64,000 nucleotides of DNA, from positions 30,001 through 94,000 of the forward strand of contig JBATPX010000217.1 in the NCBI GenBank assembly GCA_049291695.1, read 5' to 3'. The position numbers were made by a program, and so were the translations under genes. The stretch comes from Defluviicoccus sp. Lineage in GTDB: Bacteria > Pseudomonadota > Alphaproteobacteria > Rhodospirillales > Defluviicoccaceae. Of this stretch, positions 27,831 to 37,646 are shown piece by piece (position 1 is the first letter of the stretch; each line of letters opens with the position of its first letter). The notes under the pieces are model-generated. The model saw only the letters and a program-made list of their open reading frames with translations. It did no database searches and was not told where the DNA came from.

Positions 27831-29579
27831 TCAGGCCGTCGCCGTCAGCGGCAAGCGGGCGACGCTGGCGCGGGTTGCGCTGCGCCGCGGTGCGGGAGCC
27901 GCATAGTCCTTGACCACCTCCTGGCGCGGCCCGATCCGCTCGATGCGACCTTCTCGCAGGACCAGGAGCCGGTCGGCCGTCGCGACCACCGAGGTGCGTT
28001 GAGCGACGATCACGACCGTCGTTCCGGTGCGCCGCGCCTGCTCGATCGCGACCAGCAGTGCGTCTTCGCCTTGCGCGTCCATGCTGGAGTTTGGCTCGTC
28101 GAGAACCAGCAGGCGAGGCCCGCCGAACAGCGCGCGCGCCAGCGCGATCCGCTGGCGCTGGCCGCCGCTCAGCACGAACGCCCCTTCGCCGATCATGGTC
28201 TCGTACCCGCGCGGCAGGCGGCCGATCATCTCGTGGACGCCGGCAGCCTTGGCGGCCTTGATCACGTCCGCGAGTTCCGCGTCCGCAAAGCGGCCGATGT
28301 TGTCGCGGACGGTGCCCTCCAGCAGCACGGCATTCTGCGGGAGATAGCCGACGGCACGGCCGAAGCTTGTCCGCTCCCAGGCGTAGACGTCATGCCCGTC
28401 AAGGTAGATGCCGCCGGCGCTCGGCTTCCATACCCCGACCAGGAGCCGGGCCAGTGTCGATTTGCCGGCACCGGATGGGCCGATGATGCCCAGCACCTCA
28501 CCCGGGTTGAGGCTGAAGCTGATGCTTTTCAACAGGGCCTGATCACTGCCGGGCGGGATGAAGGAAAGCCGCTCGATGACCACGGCGCCTTCGGTTGCGA
28601 CGGCCGGCACCTCAAGCCGGTCGGAGACATGGCTGGCCAGCAACTGCCGCAGCCGGGCGAAGGCGCCGAAGGCGAGGCACCACTGGCGCCATCCCTGGAT
28701 CAGCTGATCGAACGGCTGCAGCAGCCGGCCGAGCATGATGGTGGCCGCCATCATGCTGCCGGCGGAGACCTCGTGATTGATCAACAGCGTGGCCCCTGTG
28801 CCGAGCATTGCAACCTGCACCATCATCCGCAGCGAGCGGGCAACGGCGCCGATCGCCTTGGCGGCAGTGTTGCCGGCGCCCACCAACATCAGGGCCCGAT
28901 CCTGGCCGCGCCGCCAGCGGCTGGCGATCGCAGCGCGCATGCCAAGCGCTTCGATGAGTTCGGCATTGCGGATCGCGGCGCCGACTTCGACGTGGGAGCG
29001 CACGGCGGCATCGTTGGCGGACGCTTGCGGACGCCTGGCCACATATTCCATGGCGATGCTGAGGCTGATCAGGACCGTGATCGCGATGACGCCAACGACG
29101 CCATAAGTGGGATGCAACACGAACAGCAGCAGCAGGAACAGCGGCGAGACGAGGGCATCGAACGGCAAGGCGACGGGTCCGCCGGTGACGAACTGGCGCA
29201 ACTCATGGACGTCGCGCATCGCATCTGTCGCGCCCGCGGATCCGCTGCGTAGCGACTGCGCGACTGCTGCTTGCAGCACAGGGGCACCCAGCTGGCGCGC
29301 CAGCCGTTCGCCGACGATCACGAAAACGCGCGCGCGGATGTATTCCAGCAGACCCAGGAAGCCGAGGCCGACCACCGCCAGCAGCGTCAACGCGATCAGC
29401 GTATCGAGGCTGCGGCCCGGCACGACACGGTCGTAGACCTGCAGCATGTAGAGCGGCAGGATCAGGTGGAGGAAGCTGATGAAGGTGCCGAGCACGCCGG
29501 CGTAGAGCACGCCCGCACGCGTTCGCTTGAGTGCGCTCTGCAGGACCGGACTGACCGTCGCTCGCGTCGTCGCCGCCAT
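27831..29579 (-). CDS. Type I secretion ABC transporter permease/ATPase (PrtD/AprD type, no C39 domain)
   Basis: 582 aa. 6-TM N-domain, Walker A GPSGAGKST, signature LSGGQRQRIALARAL, Walker B LLVLDEPNS. Confidence 0.92.
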   Translation of the reverse strand: MAATTRATVSPVLQSALKRTRAGVLYAGVLGTFISFLHLILPLYMLQVYDRVVPGRSLDTLIALTLLAVVGLGFLGLLEYIRARVFVIVGERLARQLGAPVLQAAVAQSLRSGSAGATDAMRDVHELRQFVTGGPVALPFDALVSPLFLLLLFVLHPTYGVVGVIAITVLISLSIAMEYVARRPQASANDAAVRSHVEVGAAIRNAELIEALGMRAAIASRWRRGQDRALMLVGAGNTAAKAIGAVARSLRMMVQVAMLGTGATLLINHEVSAGSMMAATIMLGRLLQPFDQLIQGWRQWCLAFGAFARLRQLLASHVSDRLEVPAVATEGAVVIERLSFIPPGSDQALLKSISFSLNPGEVLGIIGPSGAGKSTLARLLVGVWKPSAGGIYLDGHDVYAWERTSFGRAVGYLPQNAVLLEGTVRDNIGRFADAELADVIKAAKAAGVHEMIGRLPRGYETMIGEGAFVLSGGQRQRIALARALFGGPRLLVLDEPNSSMDAQGEDALLVAIEQARRTGTTVVIVAQRTSVVATADRLLVLREGRIERIGPRQEVVKDYAAPAPRRSATRASVARLPLTATA

Positions 29580-29585
29580 TGGAGG

Positions 29586-30887
29586 CTACTCGGCCGCGAG
29601 GGCGCTGAGTGTCACATCCGGCCGGCGGCCTTGCGTCTCGAACAGGCTTCGAAACAGCGCGTGGTGCTGCTGAGCCGCGTCCTCGGCACTGACCGGCTTG
29701 CGGATGCGCCCGCGCAGGCGCTCCCACAGCTCCGGCGTGGACAGCGCAAGGGTGATCCGGTCGACCAGGCTTTCGGCGCTGCCGGCGCGGAAATGAAGGC
29801 CGTCAACGGTGTTGCGCACCTTTTCCGCCATGCCGCCGATGTCGCTGCAGAGGATCGGCCGGCCATGCAGGAAAGCCTCCTGGATGACCACCGGCGAGTT
29901 CTCCCACCATGTCGACGGAATGATGACCCAATCGATATCGCGCATCAGGACTGGCAGATCCGGGCTGCGGTAGCTGCCGAAAAAGCGCACGCGGCGGCCG
30001 GCGGCGGCGACGAGGCGCCTGAACTCCTGCTGAAACGCTTCCGGCTGTACTTCCAGGTTGCCGCCGTAGACGTTGAGGATGGCGTCGTTTCCCCAGATGT
30101 TTGCCGGAATGCGGACGATCGCTTCCAGCAGCACCTTAATGCCCTTGAACTGGTTCAGCTGACCGAAATAGGCGAAGTGGCTGCGCCTGCTGCGGGGGCC
30201 TGCGAGCGGCCGCGGCGGCGCGATCTCGCCGATGTCGAGGCCGTTCTCCAGCATCACCATTTTCTCGCGTGGCAGTCCCCAGCTCACATAGCGCTCGATG
30301 AGAAACCGGCTCGGCGAGACAAACATGTCCACCTGATCGAAGAACGAGCGAAGGAACAATTCCCGCCGCATGAACTGGGCCGGCGAAATGCCCGGAAAGC
30401 AGACATTGCATTCACCGGGGGTGGCACGCCGGCACAACTGGCCCCCCCTGGCTTTGATCATCTGACCGTGATTGTTGCAGATCGACAGATACTCATGCAG
30501 CGTAAAGACGATCTTTGCTTCGGGCAGCGTCTCCCGGATCACGCGGATCGCCTCAACGCCGAAACCCAGCACGTGATGCAGGTTGACGACATCCGGTCTG
30601 ACGTCGCTGAGGAAACGGCTGAAATCGCGGCTCAGGTTGCCGAGGTCGCGATTGGAGAGGCGGTAGTAGTCATAGTCGTTGGCGTAGAACAGCGTTTCGC
30701 GCGCGTTCTGACGCAGGCTCATGAAGGGCGTATCGCGGTGCCGGCTGATCGGCGGCCCGACGCGGGCGAGATAATGCGCCTCGCAGCCGTCAAGCCGGTT
30801 CAGCCCTATGAAAAGATTGTAGGATGCAACCTCGGCGCCACCGATCGAGAACGCCGGATGGCCGTGCGACAGGATCAGGACCTTCAC
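29586..30887 (-). CDS. GT-B glycosyltransferase (GT4-like) with Cys4 insertion
   Basis: MKVLILSHGHPAFSIGGAEV... and the EX7E region VIIPSTWWENSPVVIQEAFLHGRPILCSDIGGMAEKV. CX14CX7CX2C at aa 137-163. GTG start after GGGGAG. Confidence 0.85.
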   Translation of the reverse strand: MKVLILSHGHPAFSIGGAEVASYNLFIGLNRLDGCEAHYLARVGPPISRHRDTPFMSLRQNARETLFYANDYDYYRLSNRDLGNLSRDFSRFLSDVRPDVVNLHHVLGFGVEAIRVIRETLPEAKIVFTLHEYLSICNNHGQMIKARGGQLCRRATPGECNVCFPGISPAQFMRRELFLRSFFDQVDMFVSPSRFLIERYVSWGLPREKMVMLENGLDIGEIAPPRPLAGPRSRRSHFAYFGQLNQFKGIKVLLEAIVRIPANIWGNDAILNVYGGNLEVQPEAFQQEFRRLVAAAGRRVRFFGSYRSPDLPVLMRDIDWVIIPSTWWENSPVVIQEAFLHGRPILCSDIGGMAEKVRNTVDGLHFRAGSAESLVDRITLALSTPELWERLRGRIRKPVSAEDAAQQHHALFRSLFETQGRRPDVTLSALAAE

Positions 30888-30915
30888 CTCTGGGCTCCCC
30901 TCGTTTCACGCGCGT

Positions 30916-33225
30916 TCAGTCGAGCAACGGAACGGTATCGGCCGGCGCGCGCCATTGACGCTCGAACGCCCAGCGATCGACCATTTGGCCGACGCGCAGC
31001 CAGTAGTCCGGCTCGGTCGTTTCGCTGCCGTCGTCGAGGGCATAGAGCCGGATATCCGGTACCCACGTGCACGTGCGGCCGTTGCCACGGACCTTAAGCG
31101 AGAAGTCGAGGCTCTTCAGTTCCGGGCCCACCAGCGCCCGCGAGAAGCCCTTGAGCTCCTCGAACAGGCTCCGCCGCACGAGACAGCACTCGGGCGCTGC
31201 CGCCGCAACGGCCATCGGCGCCCGCTCGGTCAGCCAGTCGGCCGGATAACCGGCGAGCCTGCCGGAGGAGGGGAGGGGCGCTGCGTTGGCATCGAGCCGC
31301 CGTCCGGCGAAGCGGATCGACTCATCCTCGTACATCAGCGTTGGACTGACCAAGCCGGGGCATTCGACGCGCGCCAGTTCCGCCGTCAGTCGCGATAGCC
31401 AGCCCGGCTCGCGCGAGAAAACCGAGGCCGAGAGAAACAGGAGCAATTCGGCATCGGCGTTCAGTGCGCCAAGCTCCATCGCTTCGAACGCGTCCATCCC
31501 GTCTGTGGTGACCACCAGCTTGCCGGAAAGCCCGTAGAAGGCTGCCTGGGCTTTCAGCGTTGCGGCCGATATCCCTGACGAAGCCGCCACCAGGATCAGT
31601 TCGGCGGCGCGAAAATCGGGATCGGTGGCGAGGCAGGCGAAGTTGACATCGATATCGCGATAGGCGGGCGGCACCGGCATGATGACGGACAGGCCGGGCT
31701 TCGGCCGCGGCTGACCGAACGCGATCGGTGCGCACGGGGTCTGCGGCGCTGCCCGCCGGTCAGCCAGCGCGGAGACGGCCGGACCCAGGTGCTGGCTGAT
31801 GATCCGCTCCAGGTTCGGATCGTCCAGGCTGACGCCGGCGAGCAACCGGCGGACGATCAGGCTCGGATCGTCTTCGGCAAACGCGATCGGCAGGAAGGCG
31901 CATGCCTCATCCTTGGTGACGAGCTCGAGATAGAAGTGCTCGTCCGCTGCCACCGGTGTCGTGCGCGGAACGAAGGCGAGAAAGCCGTGACGGTGGTCCG
32001 TGTTGGCCATGAGCGGCGCTATCTGCGGATCGGCCTCAAAGCCTTGCGAAACATCCGGCCGCGGCAGGCGCGCCCAGATCGGGTGCAACCGCGCATAGAA
32101 AGTGGCCGTGCTTTTCAGGAGTGCCAGCCACACCCGCTGGCCGGGGTCGAGCAGCCAGCCGCTGACGAAAATCCCGTGCCCGTCAAGCCGCAGCGCAACG
32201 TCGCAGGCGATCCGCACCGGCTCGGCAAATGTGGAGACCGTTTCGTGGCCGGGAAATCGCGGCCGGACCACCCGCTTCAGCGCCTGCAAGACCGGCGGCG
32301 GGCCGTCCAGCTTCGGCATCATATCCTTGAGCTGCGCAACGCTGGCGGTGTTATCGAGGTAGATCGCTTGCGTGTTGACGACGTCGAGGTGCAAGTACTC
32401 GTCACCACTGCGAAAGTGGATCGTCCGCAGTGTCGCCAAGTCCCGGATGCTGGTGTCCTTGCTGTAACCGATGATGCCCTTCGCGGTATTGAGGAGGTCG
32501 GCGCGCTCGAACGTCGCGACGGCAAGGTTCCGGACCTCGAAGTGGTCGGTCACGATCTCGACCTCGATCACTCCGGCGCGCAGGTGGCCGGACCAACCCT
32601 GGACCAGGAGCCCGCCGTACTCCGAACCGCCGAGGATCTCGAGGAAGCCGTCGTGGCGCGAAATGGCTGCCAGAATTGTGAGCATGAATTGGTGGTTGCG
32701 GGTGGAGTCGCCGCCGAACGCACGGTCTGACAGCGTCTCCTTGAGGAAATCGTAGATCTGCGCCATCGGCGCGCCCGCGCTCGCCAGCTGAGCGACGAGC
32801 GCCCGGCTGTCGATCTCGATCCGCTGGACGGGCGGCAAGACCAGTTTCGCGCCGCTCTCCTCCACGTCGAGTTCGAGTGGCATGGCCTGCGCGCGAAACA
32901 CCTGCTCGACCGCAAGGGCAGCGACGAAAGGGCTCATGCCTTCTTGACCGTCGCCCACGGGCGCCCAGGCGAAACAGCGCCAGTCACCCGCGGCATCGCC
33001 TCCGCCGGCAGCACAGCGGACCTTGGCTGCTGCCGGGGGCAGCGCGGCCATGCGGCCGAAAACGAGCATGCAGCGTGTATCGAGGACGAAGCCAAGCACC
33101 AACTCGGCTTTTGCGGCGATGGGGGTCGCTTCCGCTGCGGCAGTTGCGGCTGGCCGGTCGTCGTTTGGATCGGCTCGAACGAGCGTGTCTCCGGTCATCG
33201 GGTTTGCCTGCTCCATCGCGATCAC
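30916..33225 (-). CDS. Large two-part protein: ~510-aa N-terminal region of unknown function + C-terminal GT-A (GT2-like) domain with non-canonical DxD (SAS)
   Basis: GT-A layout from about aa 512 (LSVIMPVPP..AELILVAASSG..LGALNADAELLLFLSASVFSREPGWL..CCLVRRSLFEELKGF..LDFSLKVR). S599-A-S601 sits where DxD is expected. The GTG start overlaps the upstream stop (GTGA). Confidence 0.7.
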   Translation of the reverse strand: MIAMEQANPMTGDTLVRADPNDDRPAATAAAEATPIAAKAELVLGFVLDTRCMLVFGRMAALPPAAAKVRCAAGGGDAAGDWRCFAWAPVGDGQEGMSPFVAALAVEQVFRAQAMPLELDVEESGAKLVLPPVQRIEIDSRALVAQLASAGAPMAQIYDFLKETLSDRAFGGDSTRNHQFMLTILAAISRHDGFLEILGGSEYGGLLVQGWSGHLRAGVIEVEIVTDHFEVRNLAVATFERADLLNTAKGIIGYSKDTSIRDLATLRTIHFRSGDEYLHLDVVNTQAIYLDNTASVAQLKDMMPKLDGPPPVLQALKRVVRPRFPGHETVSTFAEPVRIACDVALRLDGHGIFVSGWLLDPGQRVWLALLKSTATFYARLHPIWARLPRPDVSQGFEADPQIAPLMANTDHRHGFLAFVPRTTPVAADEHFYLELVTKDEACAFLPIAFAEDDPSLIVRRLLAGVSLDDPNLERIISQHLGPAVSALADRRAAPQTPCAPIAFGQPRPKPGLSVIMPVPPAYRDIDVNFACLATDPDFRAAELILVAASSGISAATLKAQAAFYGLSGKLVVTTDGMDAFEAMELGALNADAELLLFLSASVFSREPGWLSRLTAELARVECPGLVSPTLMYEDESIRFAGRRLDANAAPLPSSGRLAGYPADWLTERAPMAVAAAAPECCLVRRSLFEELKGFSRALVGPELKSLDFSLKVRGNGRTCTWVPDIRLYALDDGSETTEPDYWLRVGQMVDRWAFERQWRAPADTVPLLD

Positions 33226-34484
33226 GCCGCGTCCTTTCGCCGCATCAGCTCTCGATAGAGCGCAAGATGCTCCTGGGCCGTGTCTTCAAGGGTGGGCACG
33301 ACCGGGCGGCGATCATGCAGGTCCTGCCACAGCTCGGGTTCGCTCGCCGCGCGCGCCATTGTCTGCGCCAGATCCGCCGCATCACCGGCCCGGAAATGCA
33401 GGCCGTCGTGCCCCGCCTGGACCGCTTCCGCCATGCCGCCCAGGTCGGAACAGATGACCGGCCGCCCATGGCGGAACGCTTCCAGGATGACGAGCGGCAG
33501 GTTCTCCCACCAGACCGAGGGCACCACGACCCAGTCCACCGCCGCCAGAAGCGTGGGCAGCTCCCCGCGCTGATAGGGGCCGTGGTGGGTGGCGACCGGA
33601 GCCGCCGCAGCGAGCGCTTCGGCAAAGGCCTGACGAAATGCCGGCGGCTGGAAGCCGAGGCCGCCATGGATCTGCAAGGCCAAGTCACTGCCAGCTGCGG
33701 CCAGGCGGCGGGCGGCCTCGAGAGCCACCAGCGTGCCCTTGTGCGGTGCAATGTTGCCGAACAACCCAAAGGTTCGCCGATGCCGGAGGCCGCCGCTCGC
33801 GAGGGGTGCATCCTCGGCCGGGACCGCGTTGGCAATGACCTGGATTCGCTCCGGTGCGAGGCCCCAGTCGACGTACCGCTCACGCAGGAACGCACTCGGC
33901 GCAATGAACTGATCGACCAGCGCAAGCTGGCAGTTCAGCCGCAGCCGCCGCAAGGCATGTCGCGTGGCCGCCGTTTCCGGAAGGCACCGGTGGCAGGCAT
34001 CAGGGGATGGGTGGCGGCACAAGATGCCTTCAGGGCGGGTCAGCATGAGACCATCGTTGGCGCAGATCAGGTGGTAATCATGCAGCGTCATCACGATCCG
34101 CGCCTGGGGCGCGTGCCGGCGGATCAGGACCAAGGCTTCCAGGCCGACCAGGGACAGGTGGTGCAGGTGGACGATCTCCGGCCTGAACGAGCGCAACAGC
34201 TCGGACAAGGCGCGCGAGAACGCCGTGAGCTCGGTTTGTGCAAGCATCAGCCGATCGAAGCGGCCAACGCACACCAGCGCCTCATCCCCGCCCGGCCCGA
34301 TTGCCTGCAGCACGGCGTCTGAGCGCAGCTGCCGATGCAGCGGAGTCGCGCAGCCGAGGAAGAACGGCTCCGCCTGGCCACTGGCCCGCATCGCGCGGAA
34401 GAGGTCGTACGCGAAGATCTCCGTGCCGCCCGGGTGCAACGCGGGGTGACCGTGGCAGAGATAAAGGACGCGGGCGCTGGTCAT
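33222..34484 (-). CDS. GT-B glycosyltransferase (GT4-like), paralog of 29586-30887
   Basis: VLYLCHGHPALHPGGTEI... and VVVPSVWWENLPLVILEAFRHGRPVICSDLGGMAEAV. The same CX14CX7CX2C at aa 141-167. ATGA overlap with the upstream gene. Confidence 0.85.
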   Translation of the reverse strand: MTSARVLYLCHGHPALHPGGTEIFAYDLFRAMRASGQAEPFFLGCATPLHRQLRSDAVLQAIGPGGDEALVCVGRFDRLMLAQTELTAFSRALSELLRSFRPEIVHLHHLSLVGLEALVLIRRHAPQARIVMTLHDYHLICANDGLMLTRPEGILCRHPSPDACHRCLPETAATRHALRRLRLNCQLALVDQFIAPSAFLRERYVDWGLAPERIQVIANAVPAEDAPLASGGLRHRRTFGLFGNIAPHKGTLVALEAARRLAAAGSDLALQIHGGLGFQPPAFRQAFAEALAAAAPVATHHGPYQRGELPTLLAAVDWVVVPSVWWENLPLVILEAFRHGRPVICSDLGGMAEAVQAGHDGLHFRAGDAADLAQTMARAASEPELWQDLHDRRPVVPTLEDTAQEHLALYRELMRRKDAA

Positions 34485-36763
34485 GCTGCCCTCTTTCGCG
34501 GACGCGAGGGGCGAAGCCGTGCCTTGGCGACCGCCGTCGCTGGCCGTCGCGGTTGGTCGTCGGCGCCCGCGCCCATTGCCTCGATCAAGGAACGCCAGCG
34601 GGCTTCGAACAGGCGCCCGTCAAGTGCACGCGCGAGCGTGGCGTTCGCGGCGGCCGCGGGATCGTCGGCGTGCAACGCGATGACGTACGGTTCCGCCACG
34701 ACGCTGACGTGACCGCCCGCTTTCCACACCCGCGCCGAAAAATCGGCATCGCGATGGAACGGGCCGAGGTAGTCCAGCGCAAAGCCGCCAACCGCCTCGA
34801 ACAGCGCGCGCGATAGCGCGAGGCAACCGGTCGCGGCGATCGGCGCGGCAGCGGCCTTCATCCGGGCCGGATAGTCGCGCGGGAAGCCGGCAAAGCGGTT
34901 GCGGATCGCCCAGCGGCCGGTCGTGTCCAGACCCGCATCGGCGCCGGCGGTCGCGATCGAGCCATCGTGGTAGAGTGTCGGTGCCGCCACCAGCGAACGC
35001 TCGGGTCCGACCGCCAGTGCATGCAGGAGCGCGTCGAGCCAGATGGCAGCTTCCGGGATGACGCCCTCACCATGGAAGGCGAGCACCGGCGCGGCGATGA
35101 GCGATGCGGCAACGTTGAGGCCGCTTGCGCAGGGGGCATCGCCTGGCATCACGACCAGCCGGTGGCCACCGCCGTAGCACGCCTGCAGGTCGGCAAGACC
35201 GGCGGCGACCGCGGCCTCCTTGTCCGGGCAGCTCAGCACATAGACGATCTCAACGCCGTCGCGTTCCGGCATGGTGGCGAACAGGCCGGCGTGCGCGGCA
35301 AGAAAATCAGGATCATCGCCGACCGGGATGACGACACCGGCCCGGGGCTCACCCGGCACGGTGCCGAACGCCAGCACCGTGCGCGGGGCAACGGCCGCCG
35401 TGCGAGAGTCGATCAGCGCGCGGACGGCAGGCTCGATGCAGGCGGCGACGGCCGCGGGGACGGCAGGCGCCCGCACTGGTGTCGTCACGATGGCATCGAG
35501 GGCGGCGGTACCGCGGAGCGGACCCGGGCCTTCGCCGATCTCGATCGCGTGTCCGGAGCGCAGAACGAGGCTGATCTGGCAGGGAGCGTCGGGCCTGCAA
35601 GCGTCCTGAACCGGGAAAAACACCGCAAGGCCGCGGCTGCCGTGGGGCGTGCCTGCCGGCGGCAGAAGAAGGGCGCCCTCGTTGATCGGCACTGTCAGCT
35701 GCCCGCTGAGGCTTGCGGTTGCGATTGCGCCGACAAGATCGTGCGGATCGTTCAGCCACGCCTGAACAAGAAGCCCCGCAGGGGTGGCAATGGCTTGGTT
35801 CAGCCCGGCGGCCAGCGCCTTCGATCGGCTCACGCTGGCCGGTGCGGCCGGCGGCGCCAGGGCCTCCAACTCGTGGATCAGCCGCTGTGCGGCCGCCGAC
35901 CGGTCATTCTCCATCTGCGTGAGGGCTGCGAACAGACACCAGCGAGCGGCCCGGGACAACTGGTCAGGGTGCGCCAGCCAGTCGAGGACGGATGGCACGG
36001 CCAATCCGTCGACAATACCGTTTCGCCAGGCGAGACCGCCCGTACCGAAGATCAGGAGGTTGGTCGGCGCCGCCTGGCTGACGCCCGCCTCGAGGAGAAC
36101 AGCGACGCGCTGGAGGCCTGCCGGCAGGCCAGGGTCGGTGCAGGCGACGGGCGTGCCGATCGGCAGCGCGATCGCATTCTCGCCGATTGCGACCGCGCTT
36201 AACTGCTGCCCAAGCCGCTTCGGTGTTAAGCATTCACACAGGACGTAGCCGTCCAGGACGCGGGCGCGCGGCGCGATGGGCTGGGCCTTGAGCTTGAGCT
36301 CGCTTAACAATTCCCGGCAGCAGGCCACATAATCGGCGTTGTGGCTGAGTTGCAGGACCGCAGGGCAGTTCGCCACGAGGAAGCGGACGCCCGCAATCCG
36401 CTGTGGCGTATCAAGGCCGGCCAGCAGGCGTGCGGCGTCGAAGGGAAGCGGCTCCCCGCGCCAGCACTCCTCCTCGCGCGCGATTACGCGGCCGTCAACG
36501 TCGCGGACGGCGAGCCCCGCCGGATCGAGCGGTGCGCCGTGATGGACGAGGGCGAGCAAGGTCCGGCTTCCTTGCCCGGCCAGGGACAGGCGCGTGGTGA
36601 TGAACCGGGTGCGAAACGGCACGCCGCCGTTCATCGCCACGAGCCGCGTCCGCGGCGGTACCCCTGCCGTATCCCACACCAAGAGCAGCGCTGCCCGCGT
36701 CAATTGAAACACCTGCAGCGCTGCTGGCGGTGAGGCGCCGGCCATACTGTTGCTGGGGGCCAT
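34481..36763 (-). CDS. Large two-part protein, paralog of 30916-33225: unknown N-terminal region + GT-A-like domain with non-canonical DxD (HGE)
   Basis: GT-A layout from about aa 476 (GVVIPVGDD..VEIVYVLSCPD..APVLAFHGEGVIPEAAIWL..CLALSRALFEAVGGF..RDADFSARVWKAGG). H564-G-E566 sits at the DxD position. SD AAGAGGA lies 7 nt before ATG 36763. Confidence 0.7.
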   Translation of the reverse strand: MAPSNSMAGASPPAALQVFQLTRAALLLVWDTAGVPPRTRLVAMNGGVPFRTRFITTRLSLAGQGSRTLLALVHHGAPLDPAGLAVRDVDGRVIAREEECWRGEPLPFDAARLLAGLDTPQRIAGVRFLVANCPAVLQLSHNADYVACCRELLSELKLKAQPIAPRARVLDGYVLCECLTPKRLGQQLSAVAIGENAIALPIGTPVACTDPGLPAGLQRVAVLLEAGVSQAAPTNLLIFGTGGLAWRNGIVDGLAVPSVLDWLAHPDQLSRAARWCLFAALTQMENDRSAAAQRLIHELEALAPPAAPASVSRSKALAAGLNQAIATPAGLLVQAWLNDPHDLVGAIATASLSGQLTVPINEGALLLPPAGTPHGSRGLAVFFPVQDACRPDAPCQISLVLRSGHAIEIGEGPGPLRGTAALDAIVTTPVRAPAVPAAVAACIEPAVRALIDSRTAAVAPRTVLAFGTVPGEPRAGVVIPVGDDPDFLAAHAGLFATMPERDGVEIVYVLSCPDKEAAVAAGLADLQACYGGGHRLVVMPGDAPCASGLNVAASLIAAPVLAFHGEGVIPEAAIWLDALLHALAVGPERSLVAAPTLYHDGSIATAGADAGLDTTGRWAIRNRFAGFPRDYPARMKAAAAPIAATGCLALSRALFEAVGGFALDYLGPFHRDADFSARVWKAGGHVSVVAEPYVIALHADDPAAAANATLARALDGRLFEARWRSLIEAMGAGADDQPRRPATAVAKARLRPSRPRKRAA

Positions 36764-36843
36764 TACGAGGTCCTCTTAAGGGGCTTCCCGCCGTTCCCTC
36801 GTGCAGCCGCAAGCGATCCGGCGGCAGAAGGGGAGTATCGGCG

Positions 36844-37635
36844 CTAAACCACCATAATGAACTTGCCCGGGTCAGCCTGCAGATCGTCAACCGACACACC
36901 GACCAGCGTCACCGTATCGTCGCCGAAGGTGAGAACGGTGCTGTCGCCCTCTTCGGTTGCCAGCGCCGCCACGTCGGCGGCGGAGCTTACGTCGAGGCCA
37001 TTGATATTCTTGGCGATGCGCAGCGTATCTTCGTCCGAGTGGAAGTCGAGGATGATGTCGCTGCCGCCGCCGCCGTTGAAGATGAACAGGTCTTCGCCGC
37101 TGCCGCCGCGCAGGATGTCGTCACCAACACCCCCGGACAGGACATCGTTGCCGGCGCCGCCGATCAACATGTCATCGCCCGCCTCACCGAACAGTTTGTC
37201 GTTCCCGGCGCCGCCCAGGAGGACGTCGTCGCCTGCACCGGCACTCAGCAGGTCATCGCCGGATCCCCCCTCCATCATGTCGTCGCCGGCATTGCCGTGC
37301 AGGACGTCGTTCCCCGCCCCGCCGGAAAGAGCGTCATCACCGTCGCCGGCCACCAGCCTGTCGGCACCGGAGCCGCCCTTGAGCATGTCGTCACCCGAAC
37401 CGCCGAGCAGCAGGTCGTCGCCGGAACCGCCCTGAAGCAGGTCATCGCCGCTGAGGCCGGTCAGCACGTCGTTGCCGCTGCCGCCCTCGATGGTATCGCT
37501 GCCGTCTTGGCCGAACAGCCGGTCATCACCGGCCTTGCCGTTGATCTGGTCATTGCCCGCTCCACCTGCGGCGACGTCGGCGCCGGAGGAACCCTTGATC
37601 ACGTCGTCAAACGCCGAGCCTGGAATTGTAGCCAC
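36844..37635 (-). CDS. Small RTX (hemolysin-type calcium-binding repeat) protein, probable T1SS substrate
   Basis: About 16 consecutive GGxGxDxUx nonapeptides (GGSGNDVLT, GGSGDDLLL, GGAGNDVLH ...). No N-terminal signal peptide. C-terminal non-repeat tail ending DDLQADPGKFIMVV. GTG 37635 with SD GGGAGG (37641-37646) is preferred over the TTG at 37731 used in the ORF track. Confidence 0.9.
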   Translation of the reverse strand: MATIPGSAFDDVIKGSSGADVAAGGAGNDQINGKAGDDRLFGQDGSDTIEGGSGNDVLTGLSGDDLLQGGSGDDLLLGGSGDDMLKGGSGADRLVAGDGDDALSGGAGNDVLHGNAGDDMMEGGSGDDLLSAGAGDDVLLGGAGNDKLFGEAGDDMLIGGAGNDVLSGGVGDDILRGGSGEDLFIFNGGGGSDIILDFHSDEDTLRIAKNINGLDVSSAADVAALATEEGDSTVLTFGDDTVTLVGVSVDDLQADPGKFIMVV

Positions 37636-37646
37636 GGTCACCTCCC

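Noticed and set aside
29271-31097. 608-aa plus-strand ORF
   Set aside because: It is antisense to the T1SS ABC and GT4 genes, with shadow-ORF composition.
36900-37600. Periodic DNA repeats (27-nt RTX units; also the 123-nt TPR units at 14817-15090) as a possible CRISPR array
   Set aside because: The repeats are contiguous with no unique spacers, lie inside well-supported CDSs in frame, and no cas genes are present.
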